A DNA stretch of 32,000 bases from the NCBI GenBank assembly GCA_020160975.1, contig JAIUPJ010000001.1, forward strand, positions 450,001 to 482,000, given 5' to 3'. Made by a program: the position numbers and the translations under genes. The DNA is from Candidatus Saccharimonadota bacterium (lineage in GTDB: Bacteria; Patescibacteriota; Saccharimonadia; Saccharimonadales; Saccharimonadaceae). Of the stretch, positions 31,682-32,000 are shown one piece after another; the stretch's first letter is position 1; every line of letters begins with the position of its first letter. The notes below the pieces were generated by a model, which ran no database searches, was not told where the DNA came from, and saw nothing but the letters and a program-made list of their open reading frames with translations.

Positions 31682-32000
31682 ATGGATATGTCACCCTACA
31701 TCTTAGCCCTGCGCGCCATCACAGCGACGGTATTTCAGCGAGTATACCGCCCGGTCGTATGGGTAGTGAGCGCTCTTTTGGTTGTTATTTTCGTTATTGT
31801 TATCCTTCTTGCCGCACTGTATTCACCGTGGTGGCTCGTGGCTCTGCTTATTATCATTCCGCTAGGGTTGGTGTTCGCACTTATTGCCACGGTATTGTGG
31901 ATTGCATCAAAAAAACTATTGCCGCGCTCGATTGATAATACCGAACGCAAGCAAATTACCAAATTTTCCGACAAAATCATGCGCGTGGTTGAGGTGCGCT
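31682..32000 (+). CDS. Hypothetical membrane protein, N-terminal part (open at window end)
   Basis: Not in the track because it has no stop. From the ATG at 31682: MDMSPYILALRAITATVFQRVYRPVVWVVSALLVVIFVIVILLAALYSPWWLVALLIIIPLGLVFALIATVLWIASKKLL..., with two clear TM helices. Confidence 0.5.
   Translation, partial: MDMSPYILALRAITATVFQRVYRPVVWVVSALLVVIFVIVILLAALYSPWWLVALLIIIPLGLVFALIATVLWIASKKLLPRSIDNTERKQITKFSDKIMRVVEVR

Noticed and set aside
31430-31935. TTG-initiated extension of the ABC ATPase to 31600, and the 115-aa ORF 31588-31935 +
   Set aside because: Both overlap the well-formed tRNA-Ser(GGA) at 31545-31636. The ATPase has a normal ATG at 31429. Downstream of the tRNA, the open frame starting at 31682 with clear TM helices is more plausible.
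1-32000. CRISPR arrays, rRNA genes, prophage structural genes
   Set aside because: I found no regularly spaced direct repeats, no rRNA-like conserved stretches, and no capsid, terminase or tail-like ORFs anywhere in the window.

Overview
Compact, mostly housekeeping window with moderate GC and tightly packed or overlapping genes. It looks like a reduced-genome bacterium, possibly Patescibacteria/Saccharibacteria-like; that placement is inference from gene content only, with no search run. Core genes: a CYTH protein, a class I ribonucleotide reductase operon (nrdA and nrdB with three tiny ORFs between them, plus NrdR-box-like operators), two ABC transporters, a HIT protein, rlmH, valS, tsaC, tsaD, a MurE-like ligase, two FemAB-family paralogs, a PGI/PMI-type isomerase, a membrane metallophosphoesterase and two tRNA-Ser genes. 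Accessory content: (1) a 3.75-kb unit at 9757-13505 bounded by ~240-bp inverted repeats whose outer ends are the T-arm/acceptor part of tRNA-Ser(CGA). It carries an ori-like asymmetric block, a replication-relaxation-type wHTH protein, a 474-aa orphan and a SAM methyltransferase, but no recognisable recombinase; this is my best candidate for something undescribed. (2) Three single-gene, strongly GC-rich cassettes (8973-9575, 25249-25599, 26816-27328), each with an AT-rich near-consensus promoter and its own hairpin. (3) Two cysteine-packed micropeptides (33 and 26 aa) and a 57-aa ORF ending in CEGCQ, associated with an RNR whose NrdA lacks the usual C-terminal cysteine pair and whose NrdB has Phe at the radical-Tyr position. 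(4) A RayT (REP-associated tyrosine transposase) gene flanked by inverted REP hairpins. (5) A minus-strand cluster with a PD-(D/E)xK-like orphan and a small gene interrupted at a G6 run. All family calls rest on motif recognition by eye. No database search, folding or statistics could be run.
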